Source of the DNA: Candidatus Woesebacteria bacterium RBG_16_42_24 | GTDB taxonomy: Bacteria; Patescibacteriota; Microgenomatia; UBA8517 | Direction of reading: 5' to 3' | Length of the DNA: 64,000 bases | Assembly: GCA_001792115.1 (NCBI GenBank) | Contig: MGFX01000006.1 | Span: 18,537-82,536, forward strand | Shown: piece after piece, positions 19,161-29,457 of the stretch | How positions within the stretch are numbered: position 1 is the stretch's first letter | Layout of the letters: each line of letters begins with the position of its first letter | Position numbers and translations under genes: made by a program | Notes under the pieces: generated by a model | What the model saw: the letters and a program-made list of their open reading frames with translations, nothing else | What the model was told of the DNA's origin: nothing | Databases searched by the model: none

Positions 19161-19898
19161 ATGAATTTCACAAATAGCAACGTAGTCAAATTACAGAGGG
19201 TCTCAAAAAAATACGAATTTGCCAATATTTATTCGTCTTTATCGGAGTATTTTTTAGTGGGAAGCAAAAGCAAACCCTTCTGGGCGCTCAAAAATATCAA
19301 TCTTGAAATAAAAAAGGGAGAAAAAGTCGGCTTGATTGGTCCGAATGGCGCGGGAAAGACAACACTTTTGAGCATAATCTCGGGCATAACCACACCGGAC
19401 AAGGGCTGCGTAGACATAAGAGGAAAGGTTATTTCGATAATCGAATTGGAAGCGGGTTTCCACATTGAGCTGTCGGGTGTTGAAAACATCTTTCTTAATG
19501 GAATGATTTTGGGTATGAGCAAAGAAGGAATTAAAAGAAGACTAAAAACAATAATTAATTTTGCCGGCATCGGAAAGTTCATAGAGCAACCCATGTATTC
19601 CTATTCCGAAGGCATGAAATTAAGGGTGGCGTTTTCGGTTGCTGCCCATTGCGATTTTGATACATTAGTTCTTGACGAAAACATCTCTGTCGGAGACATA
19701 GATTTTCAAAAGAAATCGCTTTCCAAAATCCGGGAATTTTTTTCGAAGAGAAAGACTATAGTTATCGCCACACACTATCTGGATTTTTTGCAAAAAACCT
19801 GCGAAAGAGTCATATGGCTTAATAACGGTCGGATAGTAGAAGACGGTCCCGTCGAAAAAGTAATTAAAAGATATATTAAGGAAAACGGCAATATTTGA
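19161..19898 (+). CDS. wzt: ABC polysaccharide export ATPase (Wzt/TagH-like)
   Basis: FWALKNINLEI, GPNGAGKTT, GFH.ELSG.EN, YSEGMKLR. Confidence 0.92.
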   Translation: MNFTNSNVVKLQRVSKKYEFANIYSSLSEYFLVGSKSKPFWALKNINLEIKKGEKVGLIGPNGAGKTTLLSIISGITTPDKGCVDIRGKVISIIELEAGFHIELSGVENIFLNGMILGMSKEGIKRRLKTIINFAGIGKFIEQPMYSYSEGMKLRVAFSVAAHCDFDTLVLDENISVGDIDFQKKSLSKIREFFSKRKTIVIATHYLDFLQKTCERVIWLNNGRIVEDGPVEKVIKRYIKENGNI

Positions 19899-19902
19899 GC
19901 AA

Positions 19903-21312
19903 ATGAAGAATGTTTTAAAAATTATTTATCCGGAATCTTGGATATATGCCATAATTTTTTGTCTGTCGCTATTTGCGACCGATAATTTTTTTTTCCTGCT
20001 AATAGTAATTTCTTTACTTTTTTATCTCAAATTTACCCGCAGTTTATTTAATTCATTATGGTTTTTATTCATTTCGTCAATGCTTTCTTTGAGAACACTA
20101 CCTTTTGATATAAATTTTATTGCACCTATACTGAATATTAATGGAGATGGTAGCTGGTACTACTCGGACCTTATTTTTGTTTTAATTCTTGGTCTCACAC
20201 TTACTGGGTTCAATAAAAACAGAATAAAGGTCTTATTCAGCGGGACCTGGGGTATTAAAGCAGACTTTTTTTTGTTTTTATTTCTGGCTATAGCAGGCTA
20301 TTCGACCATCATCGCTTCAAATCCAACAATTTCCTTCTCATTCTACTTTTTATTAGCAAAATCGGTAATTCTTTATTTGGTATCCAAATTAGTATTTTTA
20401 GACCTAAATCTGGTCAAGAAAACCATGCAGATAGTAATTGTCTATGTGGTGATAAATTCTTTATTGATTATCACCCAATACTTGGTTAGAGGTCCTTTGG
20501 GCTTTGATTTTGAAGATGCGTTTATGCCTTTCGGAAAGTATGCAGAGAACTATCTATTCAGGCCCGGAGGTTTTAGCTCAGATCCCAATATCTCTGCGAG
20601 TTTTATAGTTGTTATTTTACCGGTAGCGGTAGTTATGTTTCTTCCACTTTTAAAAAAGGCCGCCGTATATTATTGGGGATTTATAGTATCGATTTTTTTG
20701 GCCCTAATATTTACGGCAAGTAGGGCCTCCTGGATAATAACCGCGGTTGCGATTTTGCCTTTTTTGATCTATTTAAAGTCTAATAATTTTATTTTTTTAC
20801 CGAAAAAACTTAAGGCCCTTTGGGTATTGGGATCTATCTCGCTCATTATTATAATAGGGCCGTTTATTTTTTCCAGGATTCTGTCTTTGGATCAGACATT
20901 CAGTCAGGTAGGAAGCGGCTATTATCGGATTCATCAGGCGGTAGCTGGATATCGGATAATGTTTAATAATCCATTCGGCGTAGGATTGGGGATGTTCCCC
21001 TATGAGGTCATGAAATCTGTTTCAGATGAAAATTCGCCAACTACTTTTGATTTACCTCATAATTTGTTTGTACAATTGGGGGCAGAAAGTGGCATTGCGG
21101 GTCTGATTATCTTTTTGGTTTTCTTGTATTTTTTATATAAAGACAAGTTTATAAATGGTATGCTAAAGCCAAACGTTTTTTCGGGTGCCATGATTATTTC
21201 CTTTGTGTCAATGAGTTTACTTATGCTCGCGTATCCTTGGTTATTGCACCCGAGAATCGGTTGGATATTTTGGCTCTTGGCGGGTTATTCTGGCAGATGG
21301 AAAAGCTACTAA
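19903..21312 (+). CDS. O-antigen ligase family (Wzy_C) membrane protein
   Basis: Multi-TM; RPGGFSSDPN, TASRASW, FGVGLGMF, PHNLFVQLGAESGIAG. Confidence 0.88.
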   Translation: MKNVLKIIYPESWIYAIIFCLSLFATDNFFFLLIVISLLFYLKFTRSLFNSLWFLFISSMLSLRTLPFDINFIAPILNINGDGSWYYSDLIFVLILGLTLTGFNKNRIKVLFSGTWGIKADFFLFLFLAIAGYSTIIASNPTISFSFYFLLAKSVILYLVSKLVFLDLNLVKKTMQIVIVYVVINSLLIITQYLVRGPLGFDFEDAFMPFGKYAENYLFRPGGFSSDPNISASFIVVILPVAVVMFLPLLKKAAVYYWGFIVSIFLALIFTASRASWIITAVAILPFLIYLKSNNFIFLPKKLKALWVLGSISLIIIIGPFIFSRILSLDQTFSQVGSGYYRIHQAVAGYRIMFNNPFGVGLGMFPYEVMKSVSDENSPTTFDLPHNLFVQLGAESGIAGLIIFLVFLYFLYKDKFINGMLKPNVFSGAMIISFVSMSLLMLAYPWLLHPRIGWIFWLLAGYSGRWKSY

Positions 21313-22109
21313 AAAAATTATCCGTTTTAGACTATGTCGTTTTTATAGTCGTTGTCGTGGTGATTGTCGGATTTTTTGTTTTTTATTCGAGGGAAAATGT
21401 TACGGTATACGTGTCTACCGTAAACGAGTGGTCGGAGTGGCTGGAAGATCCAATGCCTCCGCCGTACTGGCTTTCAAATGCCCTTAAAGTCGGAGACAAA
21501 GCATTTCATACATCCGGGGGGGAATTGGCAGAAATTATCGGAATAGAAAATACTGATTGGGGCGGACAGAGAAGATTTTCCAGACTAAATCTTAAGGTAA
21601 AAGCCTTATATAATGTTCGCTCAAAAGTTTATTTGTTAAAAGAACAGCCCCTGATTGTGGGAGGGACCCTAACTCTTAACTTTAAAGGCGTTCAATATCA
21701 AGGCGTCATAACCTATATTGGTACTACGCCCGAGTTCCCGGAAAGCAAGCTGTCCAAGGCAAGGGTAGAAGTATTTATTCCCGAAGTTTATCCTTGGCTG
21801 GCCGAAACTTACAACAAAGACTATGTTGTAAAAGATACCAACGGATTGAAAATATTTAGAATAATATCTTCCAGGATTATTCCTGCCGAAAGGTCGATTG
21901 TAACCGATGACGGACGGATACTAAGAAGGTCGGACCCTTACTACAAGGACGTTTATTTTATCGCCGAAGCGCAGGTCAGGTGCCAGGAGGGGACATGCTA
22001 CTATAACGATACATTTCCTTTAAGGATAGGTGCACATATTAGAATCCATTCAACTTCCAGCTTAGTCGAAGAAAAAGCTATTATAAAAAATTATGAAATT
22101 TTGGACTGA
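21297..22109 (+). CDS. DUF4330-like membrane-anchored protein
   Basis: KKLSVLDY plus TM, LKVGDK, duplicated beta-rich domains ending PLIVG/PLRIG. Confidence 0.6.
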   Translation: MEKLLKKLSVLDYVVFIVVVVVIVGFFVFYSRENVTVYVSTVNEWSEWLEDPMPPPYWLSNALKVGDKAFHTSGGELAEIIGIENTDWGGQRRFSRLNLKVKALYNVRSKVYLLKEQPLIVGGTLTLNFKGVQYQGVITYIGTTPEFPESKLSKARVEVFIPEVYPWLAETYNKDYVVKDTNGLKIFRIISSRIIPAERSIVTDDGRILRRSDPYYKDVYFIAEAQVRCQEGTCYYNDTFPLRIGAHIRIHSTSSLVEEKAIIKNYEILD

Positions 22110-22138
22110 TCTTACAATAAGCACCCGCATTACAACTC

Positions 22139-23281
22139 GTGACTGATACTATATTTTTCATATTTCATGACTTGGGGATAGGAGGTGTTCAGAGGAAAAT
22201 AGTTGACAGCATAAGGTTATTAAGAAAAGACCCATACTTTTCAAAAAAAGGATTCAAAATAATCGTTTTGTTGGAAGACGAAAAAGCTTACGACCTAGAA
22301 GAAGACATTTTTTTGGAAGATATCGAAGGTCCCAAGTGTGAAGTTTACTATTACAGATCAAAAAAAGATATTGATTTTTCGACTTTCCATATTCCCTTTA
22401 CCGTTTTTGTTTTATGGAAAATATTAATTTTTAAACCCTCAAGAGTTGTTGCTTTTATGGAGCCGTATGCCGCCTCTGCAATTATCGGCAAATTAGTATC
22501 GAAGATATTTTGGCGCGGGTACACAAAGGTAATAATAAGCTTTGACAATGTAGCCACCTCTCTTTTAAAACTTGAATATGGCAGAAATTGGAGATATTTC
22601 TATTGGACCTTTTTAATTAAGAATTTATTTAGATTTGCCGACAGGGTTATTGTGCCCTCTGATTTTTCCAAGTCGGACTTGGTAAATAATTTCCGCCTGC
22701 CTAATGAAAAAATTGTTGTCAATAAAAACTGGGTTTTAATTCCTAAGAAAATGGAACGTCGTTTCCTGAAATACGACCTTTTATATGTTGGTAGGGTGGA
22801 CAGGGTTAAGAATCTTAAATTATTTGTAGATACCGTAAGAGAGCTTCGAGGCAGGGTGCCGAATATTCGCGGCTGCATTGTCGGGTGGGGAGACGAGATG
22901 GAAAACATACTGCATTATATTAATTCTAAAAAAATGGGGGGTAACATAGAAATGGTAGGTTCCCGGAGAGATGTCGGATTTTATTATTCTAGTTCAAAAA
23001 TATTTTTAATAACGTCGGACTTTGAAGGATTGCCGATTGTTGGTCTGGAAGCAATGTCCTGGGGACTACCAGTTGTTTCCAAAGATTATCCGGGGGCAGG
23101 TGAGTTGATAAAAGACGCCAAAAGCGGATATGTCTGCAACAAAAAGCAATTGACGGAAAGAATTTTAAAATTGCTTCACGATACCGCAAAACGCGAGGCC
23201 ATGGGAAAATATGCAAGAGATTATGTCAGAAAAAATCACGGCGCTAAGTCTTTAAGAGATTTTGTTAAGGAAATTATTTGA
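22139..23281 (+). CDS. GT4 glycosyltransferase
   Basis: GGVQR, YVGRV..VKN, EGLPIVGLEAMSWGLPVV. Confidence 0.92.
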   Translation: MTDTIFFIFHDLGIGGVQRKIVDSIRLLRKDPYFSKKGFKIIVLLEDEKAYDLEEDIFLEDIEGPKCEVYYYRSKKDIDFSTFHIPFTVFVLWKILIFKPSRVVAFMEPYAASAIIGKLVSKIFWRGYTKVIISFDNVATSLLKLEYGRNWRYFYWTFLIKNLFRFADRVIVPSDFSKSDLVNNFRLPNEKIVVNKNWVLIPKKMERRFLKYDLLYVGRVDRVKNLKLFVDTVRELRGRVPNIRGCIVGWGDEMENILHYINSKKMGGNIEMVGSRRDVGFYYSSSKIFLITSDFEGLPIVGLEAMSWGLPVVSKDYPGAGELIKDAKSGYVCNKKQLTERILKLLHDTAKREAMGKYARDYVRKNHGAKSLRDFVKEII

Positions 23282-23352
23282 ATTTTAATATTCTTTAAAA
23301 TTCCAGCTAAGGCCAAAAACATTTTTGTTAGTACGATGCGGTCACTATCATT

Positions 23353-24579
23353 ATGAAAATTCTTCTTGTAAATAATCACCATTTTGTTTTGGGAGGGGCG
23401 GAGAGATACTATTTGAGTTTGGGCGAGTTGCTTAAAAAGCACGGAAATGGGGTAGCCTATTTTTCCACACACGATTCAAGAAACGTGCCGACCTTTTGGA
23501 GTAAATACTTTATAGACAAGGTAAGTACTCAAGGGAGAAATCTGAAGAATTTGTATAAGGTATTATCGGGCATAATTTATTCGCTAGAGGCTAAAAAAAA
23601 TATAGGAAAACTTTTAGACGAGTTCAAACCAGATATAGTTCATTTAAACAATATTTATTTTCGTATTTCACCTTCGATCATTTTTGAAATAAAAAAAAGA
23701 AATATTCCTATTGTAGAGACAGTCCACGACTATCATCCAATATCGCCAAACGTAAATTTGTATCACGACGGAGCGGTGTGTGAAATTACAAAGGGCGGCA
23801 AATATTACAAGGCGGTACTTCATAAGTGCGTTAAGGATTCGTATCTTATTTCTTTTCTAGTTGCCGCATCCTTTTATCTACACGACTATTGGAAGATTTA
23901 TCAGAATAAAATCGATCTATTTATAAGTCCAAGTAGATTTCTTAGGAAAAAACTTGTTGATTATGGACTGAAGGACTCCAAAATAATATATTTGCCGAAT
24001 TTTACTGAAATTGGCAAATTTCATAAAGCACAAGCGCGGAACAAAAATACTTACGTTCTTTTTTTTGGTGTACTTCTTAAGCACAAAGGACTGTCGGAAC
24101 TATTGGGGGCGGCGGGGCTCTTGCCCGAAGTTACATTCAAACTTGTCGGCGATGGTCCGGAAGAAAAGAATTTGAAAAGGTTATCCCAAAAACTCAGGTT
24201 AAAAAATGTCGATTTTTTAGGCAGGCTTGATGATACAAAACTTCGAAAGGTAATTTCACAATCGCTTTTTTGTATTGTGCCCTCTTTGTGGTACGAAAAT
24301 ATGCCGTACTCGATACTTGAGGCTTTTAGTTTGGGCAAACCCGTCATTGCGGCAAGAATTGGGGGGATTCCCGAGGTGGTCAAAAATGGCAGAAACGGAT
24401 TATTATTCGAAGCCGGTAACAACGGGGAATTGGCAGAGAAGATAAAACTTCTTTGGACCAAGCGGAAATTGTTCGGAATACTTTCTAATAATGCCCTTGC
24501 TGATGTTAAAAGAAAATACGGCCAGGAAGAGTATTATAAAAAAATCATGAAGATATACAAAAAAGAAGTCGGCAGATGA
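23353..24579 (+). CDS. GT4 glycosyltransferase
   Basis: GGAERY, TVHDY, PSLWYENMPYSILEAFSLGKPVI. Confidence 0.93.
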   Translation: MKILLVNNHHFVLGGAERYYLSLGELLKKHGNGVAYFSTHDSRNVPTFWSKYFIDKVSTQGRNLKNLYKVLSGIIYSLEAKKNIGKLLDEFKPDIVHLNNIYFRISPSIIFEIKKRNIPIVETVHDYHPISPNVNLYHDGAVCEITKGGKYYKAVLHKCVKDSYLISFLVAASFYLHDYWKIYQNKIDLFISPSRFLRKKLVDYGLKDSKIIYLPNFTEIGKFHKAQARNKNTYVLFFGVLLKHKGLSELLGAAGLLPEVTFKLVGDGPEEKNLKRLSQKLRLKNVDFLGRLDDTKLRKVISQSLFCIVPSLWYENMPYSILEAFSLGKPVIAARIGGIPEVVKNGRNGLLFEAGNNGELAEKIKLLWTKRKLFGILSNNALADVKRKYGQEEYYKKIMKIYKKEVGR

Positions 24580-25730
24580 GAATAGCTATATATTATCCCT
24601 GGGTCTATCTGACAAGTGGGGTCGAACGCACGATTTTGGAAACTGTCAAAAGAAGCAAGCATGATTATACTATTTTTACAAATCACTTCGATATAAAAAA
24701 TACTTTTCCGGAATTTAAAAAAATTAAGTTGGTGGAATTGAAAAAAATTCCGGTAAGGCGAAATATTATCGACACCTTGAAAGCTGCAATCGTTATTATT
24801 TTTCAAAAAATTGATTTGAAAAACTTCGATCTTTTATTGGTCAATTCGGAAGGGTTGGGAGACTTGATTCTTGTAAGAAATCATAACCTGCCGGCAGTTT
24901 GTTTCTGCCACACGCCCCTACGGCCCGTATTTGATATAGAGTACAAGAGGCGAGTATATGAAAAGAAAAATAATTATCAGAAGCTGATATATCACATTTT
25001 TGCCTTCTTATTTAGGTTCATCGATAGATACCTTTGGAAAAAATATAAGTATATTTTTTTTAACAGCGAAGAAACCTTAAAAAGGGCAAAGGTTGGCGGT
25101 CTAATTAAAGGTAAAAAAAGGAAATTTGAAATATTGCATCCGGGCGTTGACGCTAAAGCAATTAAACCAAGTTGGGTTTATAAACCTTATTTTTTCTTAC
25201 CGGGTAGAATAATGTGGGCAAAAAACATTGAATTGGCAATAAGTTCCTTTAAGGAATTAAAAAGAAGAAATCCTAGTTTAAAGAGTTTTAAGTTAATTAT
25301 TGCTGGGAGGGTGGATGAGAAAAGTAAGGGGTATTTGGCGAAACTAGGGTCATTGTCAAAGAATAAATTGGATATCAGATTTGTGATTAATCCCTCCGAT
25401 TATAAAATGAGAAAACTCTATGAGAATTGTTGGGCAGTAATTTCGGCCTCCTTTAATGAGGATTGGGGAGTTACAGTAATTGAGGGGAACGCTTTTGGCA
25501 AACCCTCGGTTTGTGTAAATAGGGGCGGGCTAATCGAAAGCCAGATTAATGGGAAAACAGGGTTTTTGGTCGAGCTGGCAGTAGACAAATTTGCAGACGC
25601 TTTGGCGAAAATTGCTTCCGATAAAAATCTGGTAATAAAGTTAGGCGAAAACGCTCGTATAAACTCTTTGAAATATGACTGGAACAGTTTTTCTCAGAGG
25701 CTTGATAACGTACTAACTAAACTCGGGTAG
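24576..25730 (+). CDS. GT4 glycosyltransferase (ALG2-like mannosyltransferase)
   Basis: SGVER, FCHTP, GRI..AKN, EDWGVTVIEGNAFGKP. Confidence 0.9.
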   Translation: MRIAIYYPWVYLTSGVERTILETVKRSKHDYTIFTNHFDIKNTFPEFKKIKLVELKKIPVRRNIIDTLKAAIVIIFQKIDLKNFDLLLVNSEGLGDLILVRNHNLPAVCFCHTPLRPVFDIEYKRRVYEKKNNYQKLIYHIFAFLFRFIDRYLWKKYKYIFFNSEETLKRAKVGGLIKGKKRKFEILHPGVDAKAIKPSWVYKPYFFLPGRIMWAKNIELAISSFKELKRRNPSLKSFKLIIAGRVDEKSKGYLAKLGSLSKNKLDIRFVINPSDYKMRKLYENCWAVISASFNEDWGVTVIEGNAFGKPSVCVNRGGLIESQINGKTGFLVELAVDKFADALAKIASDKNLVIKLGENARINSLKYDWNSFSQRLDNVLTKLG

Positions 25731-26392
25731 TTATAAAATCTCCCTGATTCCTCAAGCAAAAACCCGGGAGTTAGCGGGTAATCCCCGTTTTTGATGTGGT
25801 TATCATAGTAATTTTCGCACCAGTCGGTAGAAGTCTGATACTTCTCACACTTATATAATAAAATATCCTCGGCCTCCTCTATTTGGCCGTAATTATAATA
25901 GAAGTTAGCCAGTTCGACATACAAGTAACTATGTTGGGGACTTAGATTAATTGCCGTCTGTAAAAATCTTGGGAAAAGATACTCCGAATCGTTTTGGAAC
26001 GATAGTACTCCCAGGTCGTAAAACACGCGGGACAAAGAATAGTAATCGTTAAAGAATAGGTTAATAAATTTGATAGAAAATAAATAATTTCTAATATCTT
26101 TGTTCAGACTATCGTTATTCTCAAACGTAATTTCATTCGGGTATCTGCTTAAAACAGGGTGGAAATTTTCGTTTTTTATAGAGCCCGCACCCCCCTTTTT
26201 TTGCATATCCGACTCTGCCCATTTCACCAAGAAATTAACGGTTTCTTGAAAATTCCCGCGGTCAGCCGATTCCTTTGCCCTCTCAAAATAGTAGTAGCCC
26301 AGGACAGCGTTTTTGTTATTCATCACAAATACAAATTCCGATAGAAGAAAAACGAGAGATAAAAAAATTACATATAAAAATATATTTCTCAT
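25694..26392 (-). CDS. Membrane-anchored TPR-like protein
   Basis: N-terminal TM; FYDLG...AINLSPQHSYLYVELANFYYNYGQIEEA. Confidence 0.7.
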   Translation of the reverse strand: MRNIFLYVIFLSLVFLLSEFVFVMNNKNAVLGYYYFERAKESADRGNFQETVNFLVKWAESDMQKKGGAGSIKNENFHPVLSRYPNEITFENNDSLNKDIRNYLFSIKFINLFFNDYYSLSRVFYDLGVLSFQNDSEYLFPRFLQTAINLSPQHSYLYVELANFYYNYGQIEEAEDILLYKCEKYQTSTDWCENYYDNHIKNGDYPLTPGFLLEESGRFYNYPSLVSTLSSL

Positions 26393-26444
26393 AGATAGCT
26401 GTATTTTGCGGAAGAGAAAAATAGGGTTAGTTAAATTATATAAC

Positions 26445-26591
26445 TTAGGATCCTGTTTTGGCAAAAGTGCGGGAAATAATAAGGTAGGTTGAAATTCGAG
26501 CCTGGGGATTGTTTCTTAGCTGGTATATAGCCTCTGAAGTAAGCACAAGGAAAGATAAAGCCAAAATGGCCCAAAATGTTTTAGCTTTCAT
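26445..26591 (-). pseudogene. 48-codon remnant resembling the N-terminus of the downstream TPR protein
   Basis: MKAKTFWAILALSFLVLTSEAIYQLRNN...AKTGS* aligns loosely by eye with MRNIFLYVIFLSLVFLLSEFVFVMNN...ADRGN. Confidence 0.45.
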
Positions 26592-26655
26592 ACCGCAATA
26601 ATAATATTATATTATTTAGAGAAACCCTGAATTTTGATGTTAAAATGTTTGCGAG

Positions 26656-27804
26656 TTGATAAAAAAATTTAGCCCGGAGAAAATTACAAACCTTCTAATA
26701 TTAATTCTATTCGGGACGCTTCTAATCTTTGGAGGATTGGGGATTAACGCCTTACTCGCAGCCCAAATTGGACTCGTATTGGGTTTTTTAATTATTCTCT
26801 GGGTTTATTTGAAAAACCATAAAATCGAATTCCCAAGGGGTAGCCTGCTCTACCTTATTTTTCTCTTCTTTTTTGCAGCAAGCGTTCTTTGGGCAGATCA
26901 AAAGAGTCTTATCTGGCAGAATTTTCTTTTATTTTTAGTTGGAGGAGTTTTTTGGCTGGGGTTTCATAACTTGGGCCAAAAGTTTAAGAAGATTTTTTTT
27001 TGGCTAGTAATTTTTTTGGGAGCAGTCTTTGGTATGCTTTTTTTGGCTGAGCAGGTACTTCCGGGAAATGCCTTAAAGCCCTATACACTCTATTTGCCGG
27101 TGGGTTTCCAGCGAAACCACAACCACCTGGGCGACCTTTGGGCGCTTACTCTTATTGCACTTACCTATCTTTTTGTCAAAGAAAGGAAATGGTGGAATCT
27201 GCCCCTAGGGGTTCTGGGGATTTATTTTTTGGGAGTATCCCTTTCCCGCTCTGCCTACGCCTCGTTACTGGTGGGACTAACTTATCTTTTTTATCAATTC
27301 GGGTGGCTAAAAAAATTCAAAAGTATCTTCCTCGCCCTTTTGGCAATCACCGCAGGCCTTTTTCTTTACGCGGGCAGCTTAAAGTCGGTACTTTCTTCGC
27401 GGCCTTATTTTGTACAGGCTATAAGGGGACTGTCTAAATATCCCTTCGGGGTCGGGGTGGGGAACTTTTCAGTCATTTCGACCGATCCACAAATAGCCGG
27501 GGAGGGTGCGAAACATTTTTCCTCTCTTACCCATAATTTAATTTTGGAAATAACCACCGGTTTGGGGATATTTGGGTTTGTCTTTATCGCCTGGCTTATC
27601 TTTATAGTCAAGGACTTACTTTCTTCTAAGAGGGGAGGCGAGACTGGCGTTTTTGAGGCTATATTTTTTGCCCTACTTGCCAATTTTATGTTTGATTATA
27701 CCTATGTTATTCCGACCATGCTTTGGTTGTGGTTTACCATGCTTGGGCTAGCTCAGGCAGGAAACCTATTCCCCGCCTTGACACAAAATAATAAAGAGCC
27801 GTAA
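26656..27804 (+). CDS. O-antigen ligase family membrane protein (paralogue A)
   Basis: NHNHLGDLW, SLSRSAY, PFGVGVGNF, THNLILE. Confidence 0.85.
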   Translation: MIKKFSPEKITNLLILILFGTLLIFGGLGINALLAAQIGLVLGFLIILWVYLKNHKIEFPRGSLLYLIFLFFFAASVLWADQKSLIWQNFLLFLVGGVFWLGFHNLGQKFKKIFFWLVIFLGAVFGMLFLAEQVLPGNALKPYTLYLPVGFQRNHNHLGDLWALTLIALTYLFVKERKWWNLPLGVLGIYFLGVSLSRSAYASLLVGLTYLFYQFGWLKKFKSIFLALLAITAGLFLYAGSLKSVLSSRPYFVQAIRGLSKYPFGVGVGNFSVISTDPQIAGEGAKHFSSLTHNLILEITTGLGIFGFVFIAWLIFIVKDLLSSKRGGETGVFEAIFFALLANFMFDYTYVIPTMLWLWFTMLGLAQAGNLFPALTQNNKEP

Positions 27805-27805
27805 G

Positions 27806-28570
27806 ATGAATCATTCCCTCCCTAGCATGCGGAAACGTTACCTGCATAAATCGCAAACCGGTCTGGTTGGCTTTCTCCCCATTTTAGTTTTAGGAGTACT
27901 TACCATTTCTATAATCATGCTTTCTTCATATTTGAGTAGAGAGGGAGTGTCGTTTGATATTAGGGAACAAGCCGTGTATGAGCAGATCTGTCCCGGATCG
28001 GTGAGTGCTTATCCTAGCTCGTGTGTTGTTACAGAAGGAGCTACGGCACCCTGCCAAGATATTAAGATATCTTGGGATTTTCCCGGCTGTCAAAATGTGA
28101 CGGTAGATGGGACGGGGGTTGGTATTCCGGGTGGCCCTTTGGCCTATGGAAACTCAGGGTCGTTTTTCACTGACGTTTATCCTCCGGGGGCCGACTTTTA
28201 CTTTTACGCAAATGCGGGCTCCGACCAAATAAACCATTTAAGAGTAAATGCTAGACACCAATCCACCAGTAGTCCGGATGGGGAGATTAGAGTTAGCCCC
28301 CGACCTTGTCAAATTTGTTCGGGTGGAGGTTTGTCAGCAACTTGTACCGTGAGAGTAGAATGGAGCATCTGGAATGCTAAGAAGCCGAGGGTAATGATTA
28401 AACTTGCTGGTTTACCCAAAACAGAATGGGATAATAAGACGACTGGAGTTTCTGAGTATGAACTCAGAAATAATACTCTCTTCAAGTATGTTTGGTTTGG
28501 GGTGTACGACGGATATACATTATTGGACTCAGCAGACTCTTTTATAGAGTATGTGGGTTGTAATGGATAA
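27806..28570 (+). CDS. Surface-exposed Cys-containing hypothetical protein
   Basis: TM followed by FDIREQA and a beta-rich domain. Confidence 0.65.
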   Translation: MNHSLPSMRKRYLHKSQTGLVGFLPILVLGVLTISIIMLSSYLSREGVSFDIREQAVYEQICPGSVSAYPSSCVVTEGATAPCQDIKISWDFPGCQNVTVDGTGVGIPGGPLAYGNSGSFFTDVYPPGADFYFYANAGSDQINHLRVNARHQSTSSPDGEIRVSPRPCQICSGGGLSATCTVRVEWSIWNAKKPRVMIKLAGLPKTEWDNKTTGVSEYELRNNTLFKYVWFGVYDGYTLLDSADSFIEYVGCNG

Positions 28571-28585
28571 ATAAGCACTCCAAAG

Positions 28586-28702
28586 GATACTGCTTACACA
28601 ATTTCCAACCATGCTCTGGCTTTGGTTTACGAGTCTGGGATTATCCAGGCTCGGGTCAGACTTGGGTGAACCATGAGCTTGGGGCTGGGACAGGAAGACT
28701 AA
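28586..28702 (+). repeat. Displaced copies of the ligase 3' end
   Basis: Translate TMLWLWFTSLGLSR and MSLGLGQED*; compare TMLWLWFTMLGLAQ at 27715-27756. Confidence 0.8.
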
Positions 28703-28729
28703 AGCCACCTTTAAAGGCTGGTCCTTTAT

Positions 28730-28836
28730 AGGAGCATTCAAGAAAACCCCGATTTATTCGGAGATGGATTGAACGCTCATATGTCATCCTCGTTTAGACG
28801 AGGAAACCGCGGACTTAAGTCCGCGGAGGATGTCAT
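28730..28836 (+). mobile_element. Non-autonomous IS200/IS605-like miniature element (copy 1)
   Basis: Follows TTAT; AGCATTCAAGAA-hairpin-TTGAACGCT...ATGTCATCCTC-hairpin-CCGCGGACTTAAGTCCGCGG-AGGATGTCAT; homologous to 59182-59289. Confidence 0.72.
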
Positions 28837-28845
28837 AAGGAACTA

Positions 28846-29457
28846 CTATTTCTGAAGACTTATTTCTGCCAAAAACTCCTTAATTTCACTGTCGTCCTTC
28901 TTATGGCCACTTAAATAATCTATCCTTTCCGAATAGTCTAGATCATCAAAATAAGACAGCTGTTCTCTGAAAAGTTTCTCATTAAACTCTTTTTTGAAAA
29001 TCTCCCTGGCTTTATTTATAACTTCATTTATAGTGTGTTTTTTAAATGCGAAAAATAAATCCACATAGTCCTTCCATTTGGCTCTTCTTCCCAGAGAATA
29101 GGCTTTCATAGAGGCGAGTGTAAGTATATCCGGCATGTTAATAAACTCTCCGAGCCTTTCTCTAAATTCAATCGTAAAGGGGAACTTTAAGAAGGTAAGT
29201 TTGACCGATGCCACAACGACCGTTAGTTCGTTCATTTCATCGACAAGAGTACTTTCTATGGGGTGAAGACCTCTTATTGAATTTGCTATTTTTTCATTAT
29301 TAATAGCCTCAAGGGAAGCCAAATCAAAATCAACCGACCTTCTATGTCCAATCTGGAGAGCCATTGCAGTGCCGCCAACTAATCCGAATTTATCCGAGAA
29401 CTTAGTGATAATCGGAAGAAGCAGCCTTTGTCCTTCCGATAAAACCTCTTCATGCAT
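28846..29457 (-). CDS. AbiEii/AbiGii-family nucleotidyltransferase toxin
   Basis: LVGGTAMALQIGHRRSVDFD, ASMKAY, RAKWKDYVDL. Confidence 0.88.
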   Translation of the reverse strand: MHEEVLSEGQRLLLPIITKFSDKFGLVGGTAMALQIGHRRSVDFDLASLEAINNEKIANSIRGLHPIESTLVDEMNELTVVVASVKLTFLKFPFTIEFRERLGEFINMPDILTLASMKAYSLGRRAKWKDYVDLFFAFKKHTINEVINKAREIFKKEFNEKLFREQLSYFDDLDYSERIDYLSGHKKDDSEIKEFLAEISLQK

